A stretch of DNA of 36,245 nt from a virus (taxonomy: Duplodnaviria > Caudoviricetes), in IMG/VR virus record IMGVR_UViG_3300049913_000008, positions 1-36,245 of that record; one strand, given 5' to 3'. The notes below the pieces were generated by a model. The model made no database searches. It worked only from the letters and a program-made list of their open reading frames with translations, and was not told where the DNA came from. Both the position numbers and the translations under genes were made by a program. Shown here in pieces: positions 1-7,558 of this stretch (the first letter of the stretch is position 1; each line of letters opens with the position of its first letter).

Positions 1-1
1 T

Positions 2-919
2 TCATCTCGGATTTGGAACGACGAGAAGTTCAGAACGCTCTCGAATAATGGGAAACTCGTCTTCCTCTTCGTTCTGACTCATCCCTCAATGACAATGCTC
101 GGAGCTATGAGACACACCATCGCTGGACTTTCCTCAGAACTTGGATGGAGTGAGAAAGCCTTTAGGGAAGCCTTAGGGGAAGCCTTCGGGAAGGGTATAC
201 TAAAGGTTGACGAAAGGGCTTCATGTATCTGGTTCCCGAACTTTCTCAAGCACAACAAGCCCGAATCCCCCAATGTTGTAAAGTCTTGGGGCAAGGCTCT
301 TGATCTGATTCCTGAGTGCGAGATCAAGAATGAACTGATAGAATCTACGCGAAGAGCTACCCAAAGCCTTCCCGAAGCCTTTGGCATAGCCTTACCGGAA
401 GGCTTTCGTATAGTCTTTCAGAAGACCTTGCCTAATCAGGAGCAGGAGCAGGAGCAGGAGCATAAACAGGAACAGGAGCAGACTCTCTCGGCGGACAAGC
501 CGCCGGATTATGGTCGCCATTCCGAACCCGTTCAAATCGAATATTCTGAACCATTCAAGATATTCTGGTCTGCATATCCTAAGAAGGTTGGCAAGGATGC
601 AGCATGGAAAGTCTGGAAGGCTAATAGGCTTGACGCTGCAATCGAACAAGTCCTCGTTACGCTTGGAGCGACAAGGAAGACTCAGGACTGGTTAAAAGAG
701 GCCGGAAAGTTCATTCCTCATCCAACTACTTGGCTTAATCAGGGACGATGGAAGGATGAAATCGCATCCCCGGTTACTCCACCTGAACCTGAACTTGTTT
801 GGGTGAAACGCATGGATGAAGACGGGAGCGAGTTCCCTGATAGCGTCTATGAGCCATTTAAGAATCCCAAAGGATGGATGCAGGTTCCTAAGCGGCAACC
901 CAAGCACGTTATTCAATGA
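2..919 (+). CDS. Phage replisome organiser / replication initiator, 5'-truncated
   Basis: Frame is open from base 2 (SSRIWNDEKFRTLSNNGKLVFLFVLTHPSMTML), resembling the N-terminus of phage replication proteins. Has an (EQ)n linker and C-terminal FWSAYPKKVGK...FIPHPTTWLNQGRWKDE. Coupled by ATGA to the helicase. Confidence 0.85.
   Translation, partial: SSRIWNDEKFRTLSNNGKLVFLFVLTHPSMTMLGAMRHTIAGLSSELGWSEKAFREALGEAFGKGILKVDERASCIWFPNFLKHNKPESPNVVKSWGKALDLIPECEIKNELIESTRRATQSLPEAFGIALPEGFRIVFQKTLPNQEQEQEQEHKQEQEQTLSADKPPDYGRHSEPVQIEYSEPFKIFWSAYPKKVGKDAAWKVWKANRLDAAIEQVLVTLGATRKTQDWLKEAGKFIPHPTTWLNQGRWKDEIASPVTPPEPELVWVKRMDEDGSEFPDSVYEPFKNPKGWMQVPKRQPKHVIQ
156..405 (+). repeat. Iteron-like AAGCCTT repeat clusters inside the initiator gene (candidate origin)
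   Basis: AAGCCTT at 156, 168, 180 (12-bp period) and at 364, 375; TAGCCTT at 387; inverted AAGGCTT at 399. Confidence 0.5.
437..460 (+). repeat. (CAGGAG)x4 coding microsatellite (QE linker)
   Basis: Four perfect hexamer copies followed by degenerate ones. Confidence 0.9.
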
Positions 920-2301
920 GCAAAGAAGATGGGTTCCGTCCACATTCTGACGATATGGAGCGGGCGCTGATGACTTGCTTGCTGATAGACGATCTTGCAT
1001 ACTCCAAAATATCGTCTATCATAAAGTCGCCTGACGCCTTCTATGATCGCAGAAAAGGTTATGTATTCTCGGCTATCAAGCACCTGTTTGATCGTGGTGA
1101 AAAGATTGATGTAATGACCATAGCGATTGAACTTGAGGCTATGAAGAAGTTCGACGAGGTAGGTGGCGAGTTGGCGCTTGCTCAGATGTCTGGTGAGGTA
1201 GCAACCTCAGCGCATATTGAAAGCTATGCGAAGGTAGTTCTGGATAGGTGGATAGCGCGAACGGGAATTATAGCAGCCCAACAGTTCATGGAAAAACTAA
1301 ATACAGCCAATCTACGCGAAGAGGTTGAGGAGTCTATTTCCAATATGGTTGAACGGCTATCGAAGGCCGTTGGAATGATAACCGGATCATCATTGGTTGA
1401 GGTGGTTAAATACTTTCCCGAAGTTTTGGATGAGATCAAAGCAGAATCGAAGATACCGCCGGATGAGCGCGGATTCAAAACCGGATTCCCGTTTCTGGAT
1501 AAGCGCAAGGTTCTAAGGCCGGGCAGACTCACCATGATTCTCGGCGGAGCATCTTCCGGCAAGTCTGATACTATGATGAATTGGGCGCTTAATGCTTCAA
1601 AGCGGATTCCAACTGTTTTATTCTCTTTGGAGATGGTGAAGCGTGAACTTATAGTGCGAATGATAGCCATGAAGACCGGCAATAATTCAGACCTTATTGA
1701 CGATAACGCGGTTGATTTAGACGCGGAATTTTGGGACAAGAATTTCTTAGATAACAAGCTCTACGTAGATGATTCTACCGGAGCAACCACACTGGACATT
1801 AGAGCTAAAGTAGCTACACTTTCAGCACAAAAGAAAGTAAAGCTCTTCTTTATAGACCATATGCAGCATCTCAAGTTTCATACCAAACATAGTTCCGACA
1901 ACGAGAATTGGCGTTCGATCACCCAAGAGTTGAAGCGCATTGCCAAAGATTACGACGTTTCAATTTGCCTTCTGAATCAGTTAAGCCGAGAGGGACAGCG
2001 AGCCGGTAAGGATGCTCAGATGCACCATTCGCGGCAAGCCGGTGATGAAGATGCGGATATAATGGTCTATCTCTGGAGAGCATTATGGCAGAAGGAAGCG
2101 GATTACGATAATATCCATTGCAACGTGCGAAAAAACAGAGGCGGTAGGCTTGGGCGTGTCTTCATTGGTTACGACATGACCAATGGAAGGCAGCACGAGA
2201 ATGAAGATCAAAAACCGTCAAGCTACGGGATAAAAACCGAAAACGCTGATGATGAATCAGTCGGTCAATTTGACGATCAGGGGAATCCGCTACCATTTTG
2301 A
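916..2301 (+). CDS. dnaB: Replicative DnaB-like (SF4) helicase
   Basis: DnaB N-domain (PHSDDMERALM...DAFY), Walker A GGASSGKS, LFSLEM, FFIDHMQ, LNQLSR, DAD, VRKNRGG, acidic C-terminal tail ending LPF. Confidence 0.93.
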   Translation: MSKEDGFRPHSDDMERALMTCLLIDDLAYSKISSIIKSPDAFYDRRKGYVFSAIKHLFDRGEKIDVMTIAIELEAMKKFDEVGGELALAQMSGEVATSAHIESYAKVVLDRWIARTGIIAAQQFMEKLNTANLREEVEESISNMVERLSKAVGMITGSSLVEVVKYFPEVLDEIKAESKIPPDERGFKTGFPFLDKRKVLRPGRLTMILGGASSGKSDTMMNWALNASKRIPTVLFSLEMVKRELIVRMIAMKTGNNSDLIDDNAVDLDAEFWDKNFLDNKLYVDDSTGATTLDIRAKVATLSAQKKVKLFFIDHMQHLKFHTKHSSDNENWRSITQELKRIAKDYDVSICLLNQLSREGQRAGKDAQMHHSRQAGDEDADIMVYLWRALWQKEADYDNIHCNVRKNRGGRLGRVFIGYDMTNGRQHENEDQKPSSYGIKTENADDESVGQFDDQGNPLPF

Positions 2302-2308
2302 GGAATCA

Positions 2309-2452
2309 ATGACCACAGTAACAAACAACAGAATTGATGCGCGAGTCGGAATTATACTCGCGGGTAAGGATAGTATCATCACGGTCGAACGATCCGGCCA
2401 AACCGTCACAATACCGAAGAGGACAACCCGTTTTGAGGAACGAAATGATTAA
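2309..2452 (+). CDS. Small hypothetical protein, paralog of the next gene
   Basis: GAGGA upstream of ATG 2309; RIDARVGIILAGKDSIITVERSGQTVTIP aligns to the next ORF. Confidence 0.6.
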   Translation: MTTVTNNRIDARVGIILAGKDSIITVERSGQTVTIPKRTTRFEERND

Positions 2453-2651
2453 GGTAGAAGACCGAGAACTCCAAGCGAGTGTCGCCGTCTTTCTTCACGG
2501 CAAGGACAGCATCGTTATCGCCAAACGCGGGGATTCGACGGCGACTGTGCCGCTGTGGATGATAGTCAAGGCGGTCAAGGAAATAGACGCGCTCGGCAAG
2601 GTGGAGGGATACCTCTTGCAGAATGTTGCGAAAGGAAAGGCGGTAGCATGA
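2445..2651 (+). CDS. Small hypothetical protein
   Basis: GAGGA upstream of ATG 2445; ELQASVAVFLHGKDSIVIAKRGDSTATVP. Confidence 0.65.
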   Translation: MIKVEDRELQASVAVFLHGKDSIVIAKRGDSTATVPLWMIVKAVKEIDALGKVEGYLLQNVAKGKAVA

Positions 2652-2679
2652 AGCGCAAAAGGGGACGGAGACCAAAACA

Positions 2680-3156
2680 ATGACCGACACTTGCAATATT
2701 GAGGGCTGTGAAACACCGATCAGTCCTAAGAACAGAAGCGGCAAGTGCAAGAGGCATCGCAACCGAGACGTTTGGCGCAAGCGACGTGTAGAATATCTTG
2801 CGTTGCATCCTCAGCACGGAGGGCCGCCGCGAAAGGAATATCCCAAAATGCACGACGAGGGTATTCCGGCGCGTTCTGGTAAATCGGAGTCAAATACTAC
2901 GAGTCGGAGTGCGGTCGTTGAACCTGGCGCAAAGGCACAAAGAATTGAAGGCAAAGCAGAACCTGCCTGCAAGGTCTGCGGCTGGCTTGGCGAGCATCCC
3001 GGCGGAGTGTGCAGCATGTGCCGAGGCTTCCAAGCTGAGGCCGCGCACTGGCGGACGCGGCATCCATCCGCACAGACCGCGACCATTCGCTCAATTTCCG
3101 GCAGTGGTCGTTTCTTCGGAGAGATAGGCAATACAAACCTTGTGGGGTCAAAATGA
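2680..3156 (+). CDS. Basic Cys-rich (Zn-finger-like) hypothetical protein
   Basis: GGAG SD; CxxxxC...CxxH and CxxC...CxxC motifs; ATGA overlap with the next gene. Confidence 0.65.
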   Translation: MTDTCNIEGCETPISPKNRSGKCKRHRNRDVWRKRRVEYLALHPQHGGPPRKEYPKMHDEGIPARSGKSESNTTSRSAVVEPGAKAQRIEGKAEPACKVCGWLGEHPGGVCSMCRGFQAEAAHWRTRHPSAQTATIRSISGSGRFFGEIGNTNLVGSK

Positions 3157-3533
3157 CATTAAGCGAGCGAGTGGCTATTGCACGCGGCTGGAGTCCGCCC
3201 GGTAGCGAGTGGGCGAATAAAAAAGCCCGCCGATTCAACTTTGAAACCCAACGTTGGGCAACACGCTCATTCAAGAAATGCTGGATTAGTCCAGATGGAC
3301 TTATATTTGAAAACAGCATAGGAGTCGCATATCCAGAAAGCCTTCCCAAAGGTTGCGACTACGAGCACGACATCGTGGCCTGCTTCCGCGACCTTGAGCC
3401 TGAAATACCTTATCTGCGCCTGCACAAATGCGGAGACGGAACTTGGAACGCCTATTGGGGCGACAGCGATAAAAACGTTGTCAATGCCGCCACGCCGAGC
3501 GCGGCAATCTGCGAAGTGATTTTGAAAGTTTAA
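3153..3533 (+). CDS. Phage ABA-sandwich-like domain protein
   Basis: Pattern VAIARGW...DYEHDIVACF...AATPSAAICEVIL resembles this family. Confidence 0.6.
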   Translation: MTLSERVAIARGWSPPGSEWANKKARRFNFETQRWATRSFKKCWISPDGLIFENSIGVAYPESLPKGCDYEHDIVACFRDLEPEIPYLRLHKCGDGTWNAYWGDSDKNVVNAATPSAAICEVILKV

Positions 3534-3542
3534 GGAGTCGAA

Positions 3543-3785
3543 ATGACAGCCAAACGCGCAAGGATGTTTCTGGATGCTGGAGGACGCAATGTATTGGGCG
3601 AAACCTACATTGACGCACTCCGCGCCATCATCGTGCAAGACGAGGAAATCCGTAAGCTGAAAGAATGCTTGACAGATGCGGTCGGAATCATCGAGGCTTC
3701 CGAATGCGGGGGCGGTTTTCATAAAGAGGTCAAAGCGGTGCATTTTCTTGATGACGCTCGCAACCTTTTGGGGATCGAGCCATGA
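3543..3785 (+). CDS. Hypothetical protein
   Basis: AAGGAG SD; coupled to the next gene. Confidence 0.7.
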   Translation: MTAKRARMFLDAGGRNVLGETYIDALRAIIVQDEEIRKLKECLTDAVGIIEASECGGGFHKEVKAVHFLDDARNLLGIEP

Positions 3786-4090
3786 GCCAGACGTTGAGCG
3801 AGCGCGACAAGCCCCGTGAATACGAATTACCCACCGACCTGAGCAACGAGCAACTCCGCAACATCATCAAAGGCATGGCGGAAGATATTGCTGAGATGGG
3901 AGCGCAGTTGGCGAACAAGCCGACCTGCAAAGAGTGCAAGTGGTGGGGAGATGAAGAGGATGAAGGACGCGCTCCCTGCACAAATCAAGATGCAATACTT
4001 GAAGCGGGCGATCCTGAAGGATGATTCCCACCATACTGCTTCGGATGTATTCATCACGAACCAAAGGAGTCTCAAGATGAAAAAGGATAA
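3782..4090 (+). pseudogene. Cys-motif phage protein interrupted by an in-frame TGA at 4022-4024
   Basis: CKECKWW...C...DPEG-TGA-FPPYCFGCIHHEPKESQDEKG-TAA; the Cys motif continues past the stop. Confidence 0.55.
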
Positions 4091-4271
4091 ATGGGAATCA
4101 CGCGAGATCGTCATCAACGCGCAACTGAGGATTCAGGTGCGCGGTGACGAACCCGACAACGCCAAAATTCTCAAGAAATTGCACCTTGATTGTTCGATTT
4201 ATGACGATAAGTCATGGTCAGCAAAGCTGATCGAGGCGAAGGAGGCTGACAATGCCCAAGCTGACAGTTAA
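4077..4271 (+). CDS. Hypothetical protein (MKKDKW...)
   Basis: AAGGAG SD before ATG 4077. Confidence 0.6.
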   Translation: MKKDKWESREIVINAQLRIQVRGDEPDNAKILKKLHLDCSIYDDKSWSAKLIEAKEADNAQADS

Positions 4272-4470
4272 GGCCGTGCGCGAGCGAGCGGGGAGAATGG
4301 GGTTTACTTGGGCTGTAATGATATTCAAAATGCCAGATAGCACAAAATTCACGGGCGTTACCGTCGTTCGCAATGGGAAGGGATATTCGGGAAGCGTCGA
4401 GCAGGTGAACGCCTATCTGGACTCAATCGAAAAGAAGGAGGAAGTAGATGAATCCGCCCGAACAATTTAG
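4252..4470 (+). CDS. Hypothetical protein
   Basis: GGAGG SD; overlaps neighbours. Confidence 0.65.
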   Translation: MPKLTVKAVRERAGRMGFTWAVMIFKMPDSTKFTGVTVVRNGKGYSGSVEQVNAYLDSIEKKEEVDESARTI

Positions 4471-4654
4471 TGACGAATGGTTCCTTGTCGGGAATGGCAA
4501 AAAAATCCATCGTGTTAAAAATGGGAACGCTCTGTATTTCTCGTATGCGAGTTGCGGCATAGGCGGGAACATCTACGGAGTGCAAGAGTCTTTCTATTCA
4601 AAATGCAAGACTTGTCGTAAGATGGAGTCCAAAAACAAGGAGGAAGGGAAGTGA
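4448..4654 (+). CDS. Small Cys/His (Zn-binding-like) protein
   Basis: GGAGG SD; H...CG...CxxC. Confidence 0.6.
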   Translation: MNPPEQFSDEWFLVGNGKKIHRVKNGNALYFSYASCGIGGNIYGVQESFYSKCKTCRKMESKNKEEGK

Positions 4655-5037
4655 AGGACGTTCCTGAATGGCTGAAAATGATAGTTGCGGTAGCCGCGCT
4701 ATCACTCGGTTTCTTTTATGCTTTCAAATGGCAAAGCACTATGGTTCAGCGCGACGCTCTTCAGGCGACCTGCGACTCGCTGCAAGCCGTCTGCGATAGC
4801 CTTGAGGTGGAGTTGGCGCGGAAGGGATTTGGCTACGATGCTGGACACTCCCTACATGCTGTCTGGCAGGAAAACAATATCCCCAACTTCAATTGCACCG
4901 AGATCGTGTCGTCCACCCGCGACACATCTTATTATCGAAAGAAATGGGATAAATACGGCTGGATAACATGGGAGTATTTGGATCAAGAGAAGACGCATTG
5001 GCGTATGCACCTGGTCACTCCCAAACCCACGCGCTAA
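4651..5037 (+). CDS. Membrane-anchored coiled-coil protein
   Basis: N-terminal hydrophobic helix followed by heptad repeat LQATCDSLQAVCDSL. Confidence 0.7.
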   Translation: MKDVPEWLKMIVAVAALSLGFFYAFKWQSTMVQRDALQATCDSLQAVCDSLEVELARKGFGYDAGHSLHAVWQENNIPNFNCTEIVSSTRDTSYYRKKWDKYGWITWEYLDQEKTHWRMHLVTPKPTR

Positions 5038-5101
5038 GCGCAGGCGTAAGCCAGAAAGGAAAGACAATTTTGCGAAAGGAGAAAATAATCCACCTGACCG
5101 C

Positions 5102-5130
5102 TTGAAAACAGACTGAGTATTAGTTAGATT
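5102..5130 (+). promoter_or_regulatory. Sigma70-type promoter
   Basis: TTGAAA-17 nt-TAGATT in an intergenic region. Confidence 0.6.
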
Positions 5131-5141
5131 GATTGTGGTTT

Positions 5142-5224
5142 TCGGTTAGCTACCGATTAAGGACGGCGGGAGAGGAGCGACCTTAGACGTGGCCTCTCCC
5201 CCGCCCGCCACGTTTATCTAAGGA
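5142..5224 (+). promoter_or_regulatory. Structured 5' leader with competing helices covering the SD
   Basis: TCGGT/ACCGA hairpin. GGGAGAGG/CCTCTCCC stem competes with CCTTAGACGTGGC pairing to GCCACGT...TCTAAGG. Confidence 0.6.
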
Positions 5225-5231
5225 CTCCCCA

Positions 5232-5561
5232 ATGTCATACGCAGCCCAAGATTTAGCTTGGCCTCTTACAGGATTATCCTGTCCGGCCAAGTGCGTTTTG
5301 ATGAACCTTTCCTATCATGCGAATAGCGAAACGGGCAAGTGCACGCCTTCCTATGAATTGATTGCCCGCGAGTGTTGCGCGTCACGTCGAACTGTAATGC
5401 GAGCTATGAAAGAGCTTGCGAAAAAAGGATTTGTGATTAAGCGGAAGCGATTTTTACACGACCGTCGAATGACGAGTAATTGGTATGAATTGAAGCATTT
5501 TAAGGCCGAAGTGGAGTGTCAACCTGTCACCCCAGAGGCTCAAACCGTAGTGCCAAATTGA
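5232..5561 (+). CDS. Winged-HTH protein (HTH_36-like, as in phage initiator N-termini)
   Basis: AKCVLMNLSYHAN...CTPSYELIARECCASRRTVMRAMKELAKKGFV...SNWYEL. Confidence 0.85.
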   Translation: MSYAAQDLAWPLTGLSCPAKCVLMNLSYHANSETGKCTPSYELIARECCASRRTVMRAMKELAKKGFVIKRKRFLHDRRMTSNWYELKHFKAEVECQPVTPEAQTVVPN

Positions 5562-5670
5562 CACCCAAACACGTAATACTCTTACTCTGAGAGAAGAACT
5601 AACTATGAGAGAGACTCTCTAACTATTAAGAGGACGAAATTCAAAATCGTTTTCCGTTTTAACTCAAACG

Positions 5671-5702
5671 AAGAGGCCGCCACAACGACGGCCTCTTTCT
5701 TC
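5671..5702 (+). terminator. Intrinsic terminator between convergent modules
   Basis: AAGAGGCCG-9 nt-CGGCCTCTT followed by a T-rich tract. Confidence 0.7.
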
Positions 5703-5860
5703 CTATGCCTATTCCGTGTCTTCGGCACCTTTAACTTTCGCCAAGAGAGCTACTTTACGTAGATCAAGGCGAACCCCCACGAGGCTGCCATTGAACCTCG
5801 CCCCTGCCTCAGTTGACCGCCGTGAGCGGACGGCTCAGTTATTCAGCTTTCCTTAATAAC

Positions 5861-6250
5861 TCACCTGCCTAATATCTCAAGGTCAAACTCCAGAATCCCT
5901 TTCAGTCGCTCCATGAACTTATCGAACGCGACCGCGCTTGCCAGAATCGCTTTGTGACCGTTCAGCATCCCAACTGACGATCCCACCAGAACGCAACCGA
6001 CCGAATCAGTCTCTGTATTGCCCTTGTGGAATAGCAACCGGCTATGGCCTTCTACGCCGGTAATTTCATAGGTGTCATAGTTGCCGCGTTCAAAGTGGGT
6101 TTTGACGCACTTGAACGTGCCCGCGGGAATGATAGGCCGCACGTCGTCAAATGTGCGCTCAAGCGTGAAGGCGACCAGATCGGCGTCAAACCACAACTCT
6201 CCAAAGCAGCCATCAGCCTCGATGCTTTTTGTCAGGAGTGTTGCTTTCAC
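5861..6250 (-). CDS. DUF5675-family putative endolysin / transpeptidase-like enzyme
   Basis: FGEL...FTLE...IPAGTF...V.GHSRLLFHKGN...DSVGCVLVG...S..AF. Likely GTG start at 6250 overlaps the upstream TGA. Confidence 0.85.
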   Translation of the reverse strand: MKATLLTKSIEADGCFGELWFDADLVAFTLERTFDDVRPIIPAGTFKCVKTHFERGNYDTYEITGVEGHSRLLFHKGNTETDSVGCVLVGSSVGMLNGHKAILASAVAFDKFMERLKGILEFDLEILGR

Positions 6251-6372
6251 TTTTTCTTTCTCTGGCTGCGTGGCGGGCGGCGTGACAGTTTCTTTGGCTT
6301 TTCGCGGGAAGATAACAGGCTGCCGATGGGATAAGTTCCATCTGGCCGTAATCCAGTTGCAGATCGTTTCAT
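6247..6372 (-). CDS. 41-aa basic peptide (not in ORF track)
   Basis: MKRSATGLRPDGTYPIGSLLSSREKPKKLSRRPPRSQRKKK; ATGA and GTGA overlaps at both ends. Confidence 0.55.
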   Translation of the reverse strand: MKRSATGLRPDGTYPIGSLLSSREKPKKLSRRPPRSQRKKK

Positions 6373-6731
6373 TGACCTTTCCGGTTGAGTTCGACAAGTG
6401 CTAACGACAAACATTCGACCGCTTGTTCTGAAAGTGTGTCGTTGAGAGTTCCCACCTCAAATGATTTGTCCAGAACCTCGTGAAATAAATGCAGATGGAG
6501 CAATTCGTGAACGAGCGTCTTTTCGTGGTCAAGCGGGAAGTCCCAATCTACTGCATCTATTGGATTGAGTAGGCGTATCAGTGATTTCTTAGATGCAGTC
6601 TTAAATGTATTGTCGCCACACTTATCGAGTTGACGCACAATTTTAGCTTTTACTTCCCAATCCTGCAAGCGTAGAATCTTCTGCCAGTAGGCAACAGCCG
6701 CGTCGAGTTCGGCCTGAGTGGAGTAGTTCAC
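6369..6731 (-). CDS. HExxH metallopeptidase-like protein
   Basis: WQKILRLQDW...EKTLVHELLHLH...EQAV. Confidence 0.8.
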   Translation of the reverse strand: MNYSTQAELDAAVAYWQKILRLQDWEVKAKIVRQLDKCGDNTFKTASKKSLIRLLNPIDAVDWDFPLDHEKTLVHELLHLHLFHEVLDKSFEVGTLNDTLSEQAVECLSLALVELNRKGQ

Positions 6732-6970
6732 GCCTCGCTCGGCGGAGTTGGTTCTGATCCCTTGCCCGGCGTTTCACCGACGATTGACTGCGTCACCTTG
6801 CCCGCGGTCACGCCCAGGACCAGTATGATGATTGATTCGGGAACGACCGGAAACGCCCGATTCACATACGTCAGATAGGCGATTCCGACAGCGACCACAA
6901 GGCCGATTATGAGCATAATCAGGCGCATGGAGCTTGAGTTGCCGGATGAATCTTGAAGAAAGTTCGCCAT
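6728..6970 (-). CDS. Putative holin, two TM helices
   Basis: FLQDSSGNSSSMRL followed by two hydrophobic helices; lies in the lysis cassette. Confidence 0.7.
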   Translation of the reverse strand: MANFLQDSSGNSSSMRLIMLIIGLVVAVGIAYLTYVNRAFPVVPESIIILVLGVTAGKVTQSIVGETPGKGSEPTPPSEA

Positions 6971-6972
6971 TG

Positions 6973-7230
6973 TTACGGTCTCTTTGATAGCCAATCGTGA
7001 CCGTAGCGATTGAACGAGGAGACGATCAGATCAATAGCCCAACCGAAGACAATCCCCTCAAGCGATTCCGGCACGAACGGAATATCAATCACGTCGTTCA
7101 GCAGTTTTACTGCCATGTTACGCTTGTCCTGAGAAGACCCAGTTGTCAGGGTTTTCTCTACGAAGATGACGGTTGACTCGATTTTGTCAAAGTCAATTCG
7201 CGCCAGTGTTTTTTTCAGCCATTCGATCAT
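6973..7230 (-). CDS. Lysis-cassette protein, holin-like
   Basis: AAGGA SD; VEKT...DKRNMAV...IDIPFVPE...IDLIV; position in cassette. Confidence 0.6.
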   Translation of the reverse strand: MIEWLKKTLARIDFDKIESTVIFVEKTLTTGSSQDKRNMAVKLLNDVIDIPFVPESLEGIVFGWAIDLIVSSFNRYGHDWLSKRP

Positions 7231-7327
7231 TTTTCGTCCTTTGATTTATGGAATACTATGATGAGGAAGGGTAGCAGGGCAACCAACATCACAAGGAAGA
7301 GACTGAGGAAAGTCCTCCGTTGTCATG

Positions 7328-7558
7328 TTACCAAGCTCCAAGTAGTTTCGTTGCGAGCGCGCCCATGACGGCAATGAATATAACGCCAGTCATCCATTTG
7401 AGAAGATTGTAACCAGACAAGAGAACGCCTACTTGAGCTTTCAGGCCTTCCCTGCCATTACCGTAGAGTGTCTCGTGATGCTCGGTCAAGCGACCCAATA
7501 CCGGCTTCGGTTTGTCTTCGAATATATCGCGCAGTTCTTCGCGTTCCTCGTGGGTCAT
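7328..7558 (-). CDS. Small protein with C-terminal TM helix (lysis-associated)
   Basis: LYGNGREGL motif and hydrophobic C-terminus; ATGA overlap at 7555-7558. Confidence 0.7.
   Translation of the reverse strand: MTHEEREELRDIFEDKPKPVLGRLTEHHETLYGNGREGLKAQVGVLLSGYNLLKWMTGVIFIAVMGALATKLLGAW

Noticed and set aside
4651-5037. i-spanin
   Set aside because: TM plus coiled coil fits loosely, but it is in the early + strand operon and no partner lipoprotein was seen.
5705-5861. tRNA, hammerhead or HDV-like ribozyme
   Set aside because: Could not map a cloverleaf, a CUGANGA/GAAA core or the HDV nested pseudoknot.
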